Below, in pieces: positions 35,584 through 48,340 of a stretch of DNA of 64,000 nt. The stretch spans positions 62,001 to 126,000 of the forward strand of contig BCGN01000011.1 in NCBI GenBank assembly GCA_001599295.1, in the 5' to 3' direction. The number at the start of each line of letters is the position of its first letter. Position 1 is the stretch's first letter. Source of the DNA: Sporopachydermia quercuum (lineage: Eukaryota). A program made the translations under genes and the position numbers. Below the pieces are notes generated by a model. That model did not search any database and had not been told where the DNA came from. It saw nothing but the letters and a program-made list of their open reading frames with translations.

Positions 35584-36609
35584 ATGGCTTCCAGAACTAT
35601 CCCAAGAATTAGTCTTAGAGACTTCGACAGCAGACGTGAAGAAATTAAAGCACAATTGGTTGAAGCTGCAGAAACTGTTGGTTTCTTCACTCTCTACGAA
35701 CAAGAAAGACCAACACCAGCTGATATTGAAAAAATGTTTGACTACAGCGCTAAGTTCTTCGCTTTAGATCAAGATACTAAAATGAAGACTCCTTTCCAAA
35801 AGCTTTACAATACTGGTTATGAATCCAAAGCTCAGATCAGACCTTCTACTGGTACCCCTGATAACAAGGAATCTTTACAACTTCAATATCATCGTCAAAA
35901 CATGAACTGGCCTTCGACTGATAACGTTGGCACCGAATGGAAAGAGTTTACTCTTAAGTTTATTGAAGACTGTAATTACATTAGCAGTAAAATTCTATCA
36001 ATTTTCTCTGAAGCTTTGGATTTTGGGCCAGACTTTTTAGTTCAGTCCCATGATATTACCAAGTCAACAGCTCAATCAACTCTCAGACTACTTCACTATC
36101 AAGATGTCAGTAATGAAAAAGTACCAGAGGACTATTGGAGAGTTGGACCCCATACTGATTTTGACTGCTTGACATTCTTATTTCAAAGAACTGGTGATCA
36201 TGGACTTGAAGTTTGTCCGGGTAGAGAAGCTCATCATGACTTTGCCTATGGAGACGAATGGACCCCAGTTCCATCAAAGACTGGTGAAATCGTGATCAAT
36301 ATTGGTGATATGCTAATGGCATGGTCCGATGATAGATTCAAGAGTAACTTCCACAGAGTTAAAGTACCATCATCTGCTGAAAATCAAAAGGATAGATATA
36401 CAGTTGCATGGTTCAATCAAGCAAACACTGATGTTGTAATTCAAGGACCCGACAGGAAATACCCAGCAAGTACTGGTAGAACTTATATTGAAGAGGCGAT
36501 GAAGAGAAATTTCTCTAGAGTTAATGAAATTCTAAGCTTGAAAGAACATGAAGGTGAAAAGGAAGTTGATATTGTTGAAACTGTTCAATCAACGGCTATT
36601 GAGGTTTAA
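35584..36609 (+). CDS. 2-oxoglutarate/Fe(II)-dependent dioxygenase (IPNS/DIOX_N family)
   Basis: IPRISL...AAETVGFF, LRLLHY, HTDFDCLTFLFQ (HxD), NIGDMLMAWSDDRFKSNFHRV (distal His), RYTVAWF. Confidence 0.9.
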   Translation: MASRTIPRISLRDFDSRREEIKAQLVEAAETVGFFTLYEQERPTPADIEKMFDYSAKFFALDQDTKMKTPFQKLYNTGYESKAQIRPSTGTPDNKESLQLQYHRQNMNWPSTDNVGTEWKEFTLKFIEDCNYISSKILSIFSEALDFGPDFLVQSHDITKSTAQSTLRLLHYQDVSNEKVPEDYWRVGPHTDFDCLTFLFQRTGDHGLEVCPGREAHHDFAYGDEWTPVPSKTGEIVINIGDMLMAWSDDRFKSNFHRVKVPSSAENQKDRYTVAWFNQANTDVVIQGPDRKYPASTGRTYIEEAMKRNFSRVNEILSLKEHEGEKEVDIVETVQSTAIEV

Positions 36610-37836
36610 AACAACATAAATATAATATAAAAAAAGGTTCAAATAGATTTTGTAGTTAAATAAAGGTTTTTTATTTGCATTTTGATATTTTTAGTAATTG
36701 GGCAAAAATCGAAGAATTTTAGTAAAACGGGTGAGAAATTCTTTTGTTTAAATCCAAGTTTTACTGATCGCCCAAAAAGGGAATCTTGAAATAAAGTATC
36801 AAATTTGCGAACTTAAATTTGAACCTTAAACCCAAAGCTATTAGTTCCGTTCCTCAATGAGTTACAACAAATTATTACTAAGTGCTTTATGTTTCTATTC
36901 ATAACAACAAGATGTGAATGAACAAGAATGTAGTAAAACTGGTATTGAGATTCCTAACAAATTAATGAATTTATCTTTCTCATAGTTCAATCCTTTCTTG
37001 GCATGTTCCTTCTTTTCCTATCATCTGTATAATGACAATGAGATTAAAAGCGACCATCATAATTTCAACTAGTAACTTGCCAAGTACGAGCCTCTTTATT
37101 GAATTGAGAAAATTAATAATAGTGATAGTATTTGTAGGGATATTTATCTCTGTCTAGTTTTCTTTTTTTGTTTTTCAATTGTTTTGTCACCTATAATTGC
37201 TATTGGCTTTGAATGTCTCCATGTTCCAATAAATAGCAAGATAAGCGTGGGAGCTTGATCTTTCGGAAATCCGGCTTATACTTAAGCTGTTACACTGGAT
37301 TTCAAGCAAACCCATAAATCTTTATTCAAATGAGCATATTAACCAACAGAAATTCTTTGACTTTCTCTAATGAGTATATCACTATCATTGAACTGAAAGT
37401 CATCATCAAAGATTCCAAAGAACAGTAAGGTATCAAAAAAGTAATCGTATCTGATAGTTGATTAATTACTACATTCTTAATATCCCATCCTGTATTCATC
37501 ATACTATTATTCTTGTATTGTCTATTAATGTTAAGATTTACTATCAGTTGTCAAACATCATAAAACCAATTACCCAAGTCTTATAAATATATATATTTAT
37601 ATGCAATGAAAGAAAATGTAACTAGGTTAACTGATAAAAGAAATAATCATAAAAATCAATAAGATAAAACGAATAGTTATAGCAATAAAAAAAACCGTTA
37701 ATTTACAACCCCCTGTAACCATATGTTAACCAAGCAATATTCCATTTTTCTTTTCAATAAAATAACATCATTAGCATCACATTATCATATTTTTCTGTCT
37801 AATTTAATAATTTGACTGAATATCACCCATATATTG

Positions 37837-39111
37837 TTACTGAGAAGCCTCAACTCTCTGTTTCTTGACCACATGACTACTTTCATCAGCTTCATCATCA
37901 AAAGATCGGTTCAAATGACCTTCACTAACTTCAGCATGGAACTTCTTAATTATGCCATCAACATCATCATTAGTAAGACATTTGGAATCACCAAAGTTCT
38001 TGATTCTAACGGTAACTTCTTTGCATTGTTGATCTGTTAACCTGAAACCTAGTTGTTCAACTCTTGATTTGATTGCATTCCAACCAGTAAGTCTATTGGC
38101 AAACTGAATAGTTCTTGACATGCCAAAATCTTCAGGGTTTAGAATTTCGTAGGTTTTAGGGTTAGCCAAAATAGCCTTGGTATGAATTCCAGCTTTATGG
38201 GTAAATGCAGATGAACCAGTGACAGGATTGTTGAAAGGAACTTGAACTTGAGCACATTCAGCAACATAATCTTCAATATCCTTGAGCATTGATACCTTAT
38301 ATTTAGATAAAACATAATCTCTATCAGCAACAATCATCCTTGCCATAAGACCACCTAACGAGGTTATACCATTTCTTTCACCAATACCTAGTACTGTAAC
38401 GTCTATTAGATTNGCACCAGCTTCTAAAGCAGTGTAAGCATTAGCAATAGCACAACCAGTGTCATTATGGAAATGGCATTCAATTTCGCATGAAACTACT
38501 GATCGAAGCATTTTCAAAACATCATACACTTGTCTTGGATTAGCTCCACCGACTGTATCAGCAATACCTATTCTATTCACGCCGATTTTGTCAACGGTTT
38601 TATAAATATTTAGTAGATCGACAATATCACTTCGGAATGAATCTTCTGATGAAAATCTAACTTCAATTCCATGCGATTTAACATATTCAATAACCTCAAC
38701 TGCTGCATTGGCAATATAGTTCATATCTTTACCATGAGAAAATTGTCGAAGAAACTGTGACGTTCCAATGACAATATTAACTCCATCAACACCTGTTTCT
38801 ACAGCTAATCTGGCATCATCCATATGGCATCTAATATGAGTTAGGATCTTAGCTCTCAATCCTAACTTAGTGAGAATTTTACAGTCATTGAAGGATTGTT
38901 CCGAGGCAGCTGGTGATGTTATTTCAATATAATCAACTCCGAACTCATCTAATTTCTTAGCAATGGCTATTTTTTGTTCAGTTGAGAAAAAAGCGGTTGC
39001 GAATTGTTCACCTTCTCTCAATGTTGTTTCAATCAGTTTGAAATGACTGATATTCGAATTGAAGTCAACTGGGTTCCCCCCATAAGGATTTGATGTAGCT
39101 GCTAATGACAT
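37837..39111 (-). CDS. LYS21: Homocitrate synthase (LYS20/LYS21 family)
   Basis: [66 protein letters not shown]; paralogue name is arbitrary. Confidence 0.95.
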   Translation of the reverse strand: MSLAATSNPYGGNPVDFNSNISHFKLIETTLREGEQFATAFFSTEQKIAIAKKLDEFGVDYIEITSPAASEQSFNDCKILTKLGLRAKILTHIRCHMDDARLAVETGVDGVNIVIGTSQFLRQFSHGKDMNYIANAAVEVIEYVKSHGIEVRFSSEDSFRSDIVDLLNIYKTVDKIGVNRIGIADTVGGANPRQVYDVLKMLRSVVSCEIECHFHNDTGCAIANAYTALEAGXNLIDVTVLGIGERNGITSLGGLMARMIVADRDYVLSKYKVSMLKDIEDYVAECAQVQVPFNNPVTGSSAFTHKAGIHTKAILANPKTYEILNPEDFGMSRTIQFANRLTGWNAIKSRVEQLGFRLTDQQCKEVTVRIKNFGDSKCLTNDDVDGIIKKFHAEVSEGHLNRSFDDEADESSHVVKKQRVEASQ

Positions 39112-39433
39112 TACGAATAATTTTCCACTGTGAGTCGTGAGTACGATTAATTTTATACAATTTTGAGCTAGTGTTATAGATAATGCTGTTTAACAGTCGG
39201 TTGATTGATTGATAGGAAGAGAGAAATGCTTGCATAGGAAAAGAGAATATAGTATATAAGTGAATGAGTAGAAGGAAGAGTTTTCATCAAATGGCTAACT
39301 AACAAGAGACTGAAAATTGGCCGAAGGGGAGATAATGGAAAGTATAAGCGTGAGAATAGTGTGTGGTGATATTAGTTAACGGACAGTGAAAATTCGAGAA
39401 GCATTGAAAAGCATAGAAATGGGTATTTCTATA

Positions 39434-39442
39434 GTGAGTCAT
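39434..39442 (-). promoter_or_regulatory. Gcn4-type site ATGACTCAC upstream of homocitrate synthase
   Basis: gTGAGTCAt on the + strand about 320 bp upstream of the ATG; fits general amino-acid control. Confidence 0.6.
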
Positions 39443-40754
39443 CAGAAATGAAATCTTGCGTAGAGAATAACGGACAATTGGTCGACTTACTAGGTGTTAC
39501 TTTCACTGGCTTACATAATAGCAACCTNAGAGACTGAGATGTGAGAATAGTGCTGATATGGGACGTAATACGCTATTCTATTCCTTCAATCTACTTAGAG
39601 ACTTGATATTATATTTGATAGTTATGTATATATTGGTATAATAGGTTCACTATATAATTATTGATTTGATTTCAAACAATTCACCACAGCTTTCATTGAA
39701 TCGCACATTTCGTTCTCTGCTGGATCTGCTTGTCTNGGGGGTTGAAAAATTCAAATATGACCTTCTCGGGGAAACTGAAATTTTTTCAGGGTTGAATATA
39801 AGAGGAGGTAAGGTTTAACTTTAATGAGAATTTTTGCTAACGAAAGGTTGTTTTTACCTAAAACGGAAGGTGTATAAAGGAAGGTAAGCTAAATTTTGAC
39901 TAATTGATGTACTGTTAGTATCGCNGTTAGTATTTACATGTTATTTTATAAACGAATCAACGGCTGTCCGGTAAAGATTTTTCAGTCAAATGAAAGAAAG
40001 TAGCGTAGGAAGATATTTTACCGGACAGTCTGTTATATGGCAAAGAGTGAATGATGTGAATTCCCATATAATAAATGAAATGACTCTTGAGAAAGAGAAT
40101 ATTTTCTATGGCTCCTCTGGTAAAGTAAGAGGAGATGTATAGAGGTGTATATATGAGGATTGGTAAGCAAAGTGTTACCAAAAAGNAACATGAGTATTTG
40201 ATGTGAGTGTGTATTGGAAGGTCATATCATCAATCTATACGAAGTTGATTCCTTTACATACAGTAGTACTTTTGTCGAAGTACCATTGTCCAGGTTTTTA
40301 CCGTAGCAAGATATCAGCATTTCAATTAATCTTCAAATCTTCATCCTGAGAGTTAATGCTCAATTGCTTTGGTTTGGCGGTTTGTTTTGATCATTATTTT
40401 TTCGGTCTTTAGATTCTCCCCCGAAGATTTTTCATTCCTCAGATTACCTAATCAATAAATATGTTATGTGGAGAATATTAACTATAAGCCAACAGCATAT
40501 TGAAAGATGGTTAACTGACTGAAAGAACTCATTGAGTCCATAAATATATACATAATTCTGAAATTCTGATTCGATATTGATTCTCGATATATTACATTAT
40601 CAATTGGGCTGCTTCGTAGCTTTAATTGTGATCAGAACGCTGATAAGTATAGTAGTGACTGCACTACTATGTTCATGTTGTTTATATAGTTCATTTATGA
40701 AACGTGGCATCCCATAATCTTGCGCCGCCTTTGTTTAACTAAAAAGGATCATAC

Positions 40755-42496
40755 TCATTCGAGGTATTTGAAAGATCCTAATACCAAAACTTTGTTAGGT
40801 AATCTTCCAGGAACCGGCATCAGAAGCTTCAGCTTCTTCTTAGTATCATCAGCATCAATCACATGAACAAAACCCATAACAGGGCTGTTCTCAATATCAG
40901 TTATTGAATCATTAGCATCAGCATGTAGAACAACCAGCACAGAACCCTGTAGCTCTTGCTGTGTTATTTCTTCTATTTTAACTAGTTTTCTATTGGCTCC
41001 TTCTGATAGTAAACTGGATCCCTCCTCTTTGACGTAGTCCTCATCACCAGGCATAAATGATGATATCAGCTCTAGATTAGCATTGGCTGATTATTCTTGT
41101 TAGTATCNTCAGTGGTTATTCATACATATTAGATATCAGTCTCACATATACTGCTACAGTATCTAGAACTTACTTTCGTTGGTTTTGTATAGCTCAACAG
41201 CTGAATAATCCGCAGTGACAGAAAAGGGTGATAAGAAATCATTTGCATTACCGTAGAAATAATTCTTTACTTCCCTTGACTGTAGGTTTCTAATGTATTC
41301 TTCATCTCTTTCAACAACCCCACCACTTTTAGGCACTTTGATTATTTGTAGCTTGTTACCACCACTTGTATCATTCAACCGTTTTCTCATATCAGCATAT
41401 AATCTTTCACTGCCAAGAACAAGTAGGGTGTTAACTATTTTGTTGTTAGTATGGAACTGCTATTGTATGAACATTGATATTGTGATCAGCACAGTACTTA
41501 GTCATTAGCAGATATATATAAATGTTTTAATACTTACTCTTGAATTTATTGATCAGATCAGAGATATTTTCGACACCAAAGCCTTTCTCAATTCCCGGAG
41601 TATCGACAATTATACCAGAATGATACACTTGTTGTATGTTAGTAATAGAAATATCAACAAAACAATGTATCAACAATGCACCTTAAACAAAAAAATGCTG
41701 TAAGTCAAACAATAGCGTAAACTGTATAAAGGCACATACCATCTTTATCCTTTTCCACTCTCTCATTAACTGCTAAAGACAATCTGGTAACAGCATTCTT
41801 GTAACTCAATGGCTCCTTGCCAGCATCTTCCCAGCCATAATTGAATACAATTGGCTGCTTGGAATTTATTCGTGAGGGCCCCGAAATATCAGAATCTCCC
41901 CATTCAAGCTCAACATTCAATATATCGGAAATAGCTGCTGCTGATACACATCCTGGTAATGCAAAGACTCCTTGCTTAGGATTCAAGTTCACTTCCATTG
42001 GCTGACCACCCATTTTAACTGAATAAGCGCATAGAATCTTGCTCAGGGTAGTTTTTCCAGAATCTACCGGTCCCATAATTAAAACTCTTGGTGGATCATG
42101 CTTCTCTTTCTTATCTCCATCTCCTTGCTCTGGGAGTTTTGATAGCATTCTCTCTCTCTCTAAAGCCAAATGTAACACAAGGTATTTCGACATCGGACTT
42201 TCTCCGCTAACATATTCGCTTATAAGATCTCCGGTCCACTCAATTTTGCAACCTTCCCAAGAAAACAATGCTCCTTTATAACCAATGGGAAATGTATACA
42301 CTCTACCGTTTGCGAGCTCAGTACCGAACAGCTCACAGGAACCTTCCGTGACTTTCAGCAAAAGAGGTTTTTCCTGTGAATTTGTAGTCACTTCAAATCT
42401 CCATTCCTCCTCTCCTAATAGTTGCTGAACTGTTTTATTGGACATTTGAGCGGCTGACGAGCCCAGGTCAGATAATTCATTTGTGTTGAAGGACAT
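40755..42496 (-). CDS. CLP1: mRNA cleavage and polyadenylation factor Clp1, 4 exons (42496-41740, 41627-41538, 41434-41174, 41086-40755)
   Basis: EWRFEV, ELFGTEL, P-loop GPVDSGKTTL, SGIIVDTPG, LVLGSERLY, PKSGGVVERD, PVMGFVHV. Three introns with TACTAAC keep frame. Confidence 0.92.
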
Positions 42497-42985
42497 ATCG
42501 TTATTGCACCTTGCACGGATGGATGATGATTGGTTGTGCTTGCAAGCAATGGTGCATCTAATTATACTACAGAATGGATCCTTTAAGTAAATAAAGGCGA
42601 ATAAAGATGAATTCAATGTTGTAATAGGTTTTTACGCAGTATTTCAAGAGAAATAATAGTTGATAAGTTGTTTGAGTGTTTGATTAAGAAGAAAAAATGA
42701 GGATATGAAGGGTTTCCGGAATTTAAAGGAAACTGTTATTATTTCCGAAATTGGAAATTTTCGGAAACTATAGCGGTTAATGTGAAGAATTTATGGATTT
42801 TTGGCCATTTCTAAACGGAATATTTGCAAATGATTATTTGTTAAAATCTAAGCGAAAAGTACACTTATCATTGATTTTGTTTTATTCACCTTTCTGTTTT
42901 AAAGGTTTTAGTATCTATTTATCAAAACATGTGTGTGGTGCTTATCAAACCTATATAGTACCTGTCTACAGATAAATCATTCTTC

Positions 42986-44222
42986 CTACTCTTTGATGAT
43001 CATAGAAGGATCAGCTCGTTGAGCCCATTCACTATAAAGATAGATTATCTGTTAGTAATCAGACTTGTTGGCATAAGATTCAAATCTCCAGTCTTTTAAA
43101 TCAATCCTAAACCCCAATCACATCATTACTTACGTCCAGCTACCATCATAGACGTTAACGATCTTATCAGTCCCAATTGCTTGTTCAATAGCTGTTTTAA
43201 TTACACATGCTGTAACACCTGTTCCGCACATAACAATAAACTCTTTATCTGATTTTTCTTCAATTCCCTTATTTGCCAACATATCAGAAATCTCTTGCTT
43301 GCTTTTGAATGTCTTGTCTCCTGTAAGAACTTCATTGAACGGTAATGAGATTGAGCCTGGTACGTGACCTGATGGTAACCCGGGTCTGGGTTCAGGGTCT
43401 TGACCTGTCCATCTTCCTGTTGGTCTAGCGTCGAGAATATAATAATTTTTTAGTTTATTGCCATCTTTAACGATTGATTCAAGTTGTTCAAACGATAGAA
43501 TATTGTTGGTCTTGTTTCCTGGAGATGAATACTTTGTTGGTTCTCTGGCAGAGTATACTCTGGCATTATCATCAGTTGCTATAGGTTCAGTATCTAACTC
43601 ATGTCCTTGCTCTTTATACTGTTTGAAATTATCGAGTAGGAAAACAGAAGGATGAGAAAAGTAAGAAAATGTAAAAGCTCCTCTTGGTGCTGAGAAGTTG
43701 TTGTTTTTGTCATAAACAACTACCGGCTCCTTAGATTATGTTAGCATGCGAATGCATCACTAGTACAGATGTGGCGGTATAAGCAAAAAGAAGAAGGCAA
43801 CAATAAGCAGTAGAAACTAAGTAATAGACAGTACTTACATCAACATTGATTCCTAATGAGCCTATAATTTTATTAATGTTAGTANATAAATATCAAATAA
43901 ATAGCTATAATTAGCCGTAATTAGCCATAAACTACCATGAAACTAAATCCATCTCAAGCGAAATCCCTTCCGCTTACTTACCAATAGCTCTATCAAAAAT
44001 ACTCTTCGTTGGGAACATATGAGGATACACTGATTCAGTTTTGATACCATCAATATCAAAGAAAACTGCTCCAGGTAATCTTTCTTGATTGAACTCTTTA
44101 TATCCATCTTGAGCAACATTTGGCATATACCAAGTTGCATCAACAGGAACGAATTTTCCAATTGATGTCAATTCTCGAGGTTTGATCAAATTGACCCCGA
44201 ATCTTCTAAGTAGCCCTGACAT
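42986..44222 (-). CDS. TUM1: Tandem rhodanese sulfurtransferase, 4 exons (44222-43982, 43861-43839, 43729-43134, 43031-42986)
   Basis: VDATWYMPN, RLPGAVFFDID, YPHMFP, VVVYD, DARPTGRWTGQDPEPRPGLPSGHVPGS, CGTGVTA, YDGSWTEW; includes a 23-nt exon. Confidence 0.92.
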
Positions 44223-44634
44223 GGTTACAGTAGAGAAGCTGTTTCAAAGGAGATATCGTTAACGATGTATCAGTACAGCTAAGTGTCACACGCTACGTCG
44301 TTCACAATTATACGGTTCCGCTTAATTATATAAAACTGACACCAACAACACTCGCTCTAAATCAATTAATCGATCAAGCAAAGGCAGGCAAATAACCTTA
44401 TCTCCCTATAACGGACGATTCAGTATTCCAAGCAATCAATGGATGTAACCTGTACGCTGTTCTGAACCAAAACTATCACAATCTCTTAACAACAAAACCA
44501 TGCTCTAAATATACACTCCTAGCTCCTAATCCTAGTTGAATCCAAATATATCTACTGTTCTACTGACGATTTATCCCTCAGTCAATAAAGCTTAGCAATT
44601 GGCTTACACAACTTGGCGAGACAACTCTTCAATT

Positions 44635-44642
44635 TCACGTGA
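44635..44642. promoter_or_regulatory. Cbf1-type E-box TCACGTGA in the TUM1/SET6 divergent promoter
   Basis: Exact palindrome; a second ATCACGTGAC lies at 59196-59205. Confidence 0.45.
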
Positions 44643-44867
44643 TGTGCATAGTAAAGGATAAAATAAAGAGTCCGCGAAACTGAAAATTTATTTTCGATAG
44701 CCGGAGGAAGTGAAAAATTGGAAAGGAAAGGAANGGTCCACCGATAAGGGGATTACTAGGAGAAGATATAATGGGATAAGCGGAATTGAATAGTTTTTTC
44801 GCCAGTTGGGCTGGGTTTGGGGTTTATTTGCATTTAAATCTTGGTTGGGAGAGAATTCGGGGGAAAT

Positions 44868-46338
44868 ATGTGTGGGCTGGCAAATGATAACGTAGAATAC
44901 GATAGGAGTGTATTACGAGTGATCAATGATGAAGTCAGTAGTAGAGGATTTTATGCTGTGAATAATATAGATAAGGAAACAATTATTTTGAAATGCGAAT
45001 CGCCATTTGCAAGCGTAGTTTTACGTGAATTCAGGAAAGAAGTTTGCTGGTATTGTTTTGCCTGGAAATATAGCAATGACAACGAGAAGAAGTGGGATTC
45101 GACCAAACTGCAATGTAGTTCATCTGAATATTCAAAAATTGACTTGCTGGAATTCAAGTATGCTACCAATGTTCTGTTCACTAATTCAGATCGCAATGAT
45201 GGCAATCGTGTAAGTAGTAAACCCAGAAAACAGTCAAATAATAGGAAATCCAATGGTGGGGGAATTTGGTTCTGTCGCGAAGAATGTAGAGATAAATGGC
45301 GCTCTGAGGTGGATTTCAATAACTTACTCTTCCATTCATTGGAAAAGATTGAAGACTCCTTCAAAAATATGAATACCACAGAAAATGAGTACTCGGCCAA
45401 TTTTGATCCAAATACAATAGAAACACAGTGGAAAAGCGTAGATGACTGGTTTGAGAAGTACTTAACACTGAGAGAAACAGTTGAACTGAACAAAGAGAAT
45501 AGAGCCAAAGCTGAAATAAACGAGTTGAGAAACATTTTGAAAGCTGAATTTGATTTGAAAACAATTCAACTAACAGATGATGAGTATGACTCTTGTAGAT
45601 TTATTGTTACCTGTTTGTTCAAATTGTTTCTATTCCAGCTTTCATCTTCATTCATACGTAGTAATAGCGAGAACGCTTTCCTGAAGGAGCTTTTCACCAG
45701 CAAAGAGCTGAATTTCAACAGTTTGAACATAGAAAGAGCAAAACGTATATATGGAGAGTATCAAACATTCCTGGATTTACAATCAAATTATTCACAGCAT
45801 TTAATTGAGTATCCTCAACTCTTGAGTTCTCATATCAGAATATTCAAATTTCTAGCTTTAACAGTGCCGTCGTATCTATTACATCAGCTTAGTACACAGT
45901 TTTTCAGAGATACATTAGGAAAAGAATTTGGTAATTCGTTTGGTATATGGGGAGCGCGGGATTCAACTAGTTCCGAAGATAAAGAGTTTATGGGCTATTC
46001 GTTATACCCTTCACCATCATATTTTAATCATTGTAAGTTAAAGATGTTGTTTATAGGTGGAACTGAAAGCTGATGATAGGAGAATCAGTTGCATAGTTAA
46101 GTTACTAACCATATATATTACAGCATGTCAACCAAGTGTTATAAAACATCGTGAAGGACGCTCGATGATATTTACAACTGCAGTTGATATCTCAGTAGAT
46201 GCTCCTTCGCAAACACCTAAACAATTATTCATTAACTATGGTAATTTCATCAGTTTGCCCTACGAAGAACGACACGTCAAACTGCTCAAAGAATGGCATT
46301 TTTCTTGTCAATGTGAGAAATGCTTTCAAAGGCTATGA
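44868..46338 (+). CDS. SET6: SET/MYND-type lysine methyltransferase Set6, 2 exons (44868-46032, 46124-46338)
   Basis: EFRKEVCWYCFA, GGGIWFC..EC, EFGNSFGIW, spliced YFNHSCQP, LFINYG, post-SET WHFSCQCEKC; intron GTAAGT...TACTAAC...CAG. Confidence 0.88.
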
Positions 46339-46546
46339 TTTCAAACAAAAGAAATAACCATAGGCATTTATGATCAACTCCGACCCTATTGTACTTTAGA
46401 CTAGAATACTATTAGCATATACCTACAGAGAAATGTCACCCAATGATATCGTTATGATTAATGTACATAAGCATTTATTACTGGCGATGTAGTTGTTTAT
46501 CCAAGTCAGTAATCATCATTACCCGCAATTAATCAGTTTGTCCCAG

Positions 46547-47440
46547 TCAATTGTCGCCGTCAATAGATCGTACAGCATCTGAATCGACACTCTCATTCTC
46601 ATTCTCACCATTTCCACCAATTGGAGAGGGAGAATTGTCTTTTTTGTCTAACGCTGATCGTAGAACTCTCTGAATACCATTGGATATTTGCCTTATCTGC
46701 ACGGATTTCAAGTTCTGAGTAACGGTGTTGATGGCATTTATATATTCTTGATCTTCATTATTGATATAGACAGCTTCAGGTATGTCTCTTAACGACAGCA
46801 TTGAAGTAGACGATGTTGGTGATTCAGTCTGCAAGTAACTATTAAATTGTGATTTATGTACATCTGGTATGCTGCAATCATCTTTGTTTAGTAGATTATC
46901 AATCTCTAATGCAGTTTCTGTTTTGAACAGTTCCAGCCGTTCGGTAGGCTTTGGCCCATATGAAGGAGATTTCTGTATCATATCATGTGATCTACTGAGG
47001 TTTTCTGGGGTAGGGACCTTCTTTTGAGTATGTGTTGGGTCACGTGGTCTAAAGGCGTTTTCCATTTTTGCCTCTTGGACTATCTCTCGGTTACTTGCGA
47101 TTGTTCGCCCGTTTACTTCCAATTCGCTTTTATTATACTCATTCTTTATTATATTCTCATTCTGATCTCCCATTTCTTTCAGTTGGTTGTGCACATTAAT
47201 CAGCTCTTTCTTATACAACCAACTAACCTGCCTCAGTAAGAACGACACTGAAACATCCAACTCATTAGCCAATTGATGCCAATCAATACCTCTTTTCTTC
47301 ACTGGGTCTGATATTATTCTCCATAGAGATTCCTCTTTAACTAGATTCCAATGATACGGTGTTGGATCTTTAAACTCATTCCTAGCGAATGGGAATCGTA
47401 GATACACCACGAAATTCGGTTCTGGTGGGTCAGACTGCAT
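46547..47440 (-). CDS. ATG29: Autophagy-related protein 29
   Basis: First ATG at 47440; N-terminal VVYLRFPFARNEFKDP...W...LW...IDW..LA..LDVSVSFLLRQVSWLY, followed by a disordered tail. Confidence 0.8.
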   Translation of the reverse strand: MQSDPPEPNFVVYLRFPFARNEFKDPTPYHWNLVKEESLWRIISDPVKKRGIDWHQLANELDVSVSFLLRQVSWLYKKELINVHNQLKEMGDQNENIIKNEYNKSELEVNGRTIASNREIVQEAKMENAFRPRDPTHTQKKVPTPENLSRSHDMIQKSPSYGPKPTERLELFKTETALEIDNLLNKDDCSIPDVHKSQFNSYLQTESPTSSTSMLSLRDIPEAVYINNEDQEYINAINTVTQNLKSVQIRQISNGIQRVLRSALDKKDNSPSPIGGNGENENESVDSDAVRSIDGDN

Positions 47441-48340
47441 TGAGATACTCCCAATTGCGGAAATTGATAAGAAGTAGATATCAAAAGTAATCTGCCAGTA
47501 AGAAATTATTACAATCAATCAATAATAACTCCCCTTTTAACAAAACATGGAGTAAAGAGCAGCGGATACACTTAATATCTATAACTCATTTATCTATTGC
47601 TTTACTCAATTGTTATACCAGAAGATAAGAAGAAAAGTTTGTGCGTACATTGAAAGTTTGAGATAATATGTATCAATATGTATAATTATGCATCTCAGTA
47701 CCTCTTACACGACAAAATAAACTTCANTAATCATTGTTGGCAATAGGTTAACAATTTCCACAATTATATTCCTTATAATTTATCTATCGCTCTATTAAAT
47801 AAAACCCCAGTATTAAAAAATTATAGTTCATTTCGTAAAAGAAAAAGAATAAAACAGTCGACTAAATAATTATACATTCTGGTGGTATTGCTAACTAACT
47901 CTCCGCACACAATTAAGCTTTTTGTTCTCATGCACGCCACATTATTATATTACCAATTTTATTTACTTTCCGTGGCTCATCCAGCATCCTACGCCACTCA
48001 TGTTCTCTTATTTATCATTTCATATTCATCATCACCTTCTACTTAGCCTTTACAACTATCAGCATATTTTATATTATTATTTTCGATAGCAATATCAGCC
48101 TCTGTTTTATCAAATCTGAATCATGACATAGTTTTTCTCTGCTAGTGTATAGGCAAATGTACTGAAGATACTCCGACTTTTTGGAAAGTATCTTAGTATC
48201 TTAGATAAGCAACAATCAATCATACACTTGGTTTCATCTCATGATCAAACTCATCTGTTAACAATCTGCTTCTCTTATTCACAATCACCAGCTTGCGAAT
48301 TCAAGCACAATCTTCACAATACCATTAAAATGACAGCCTC

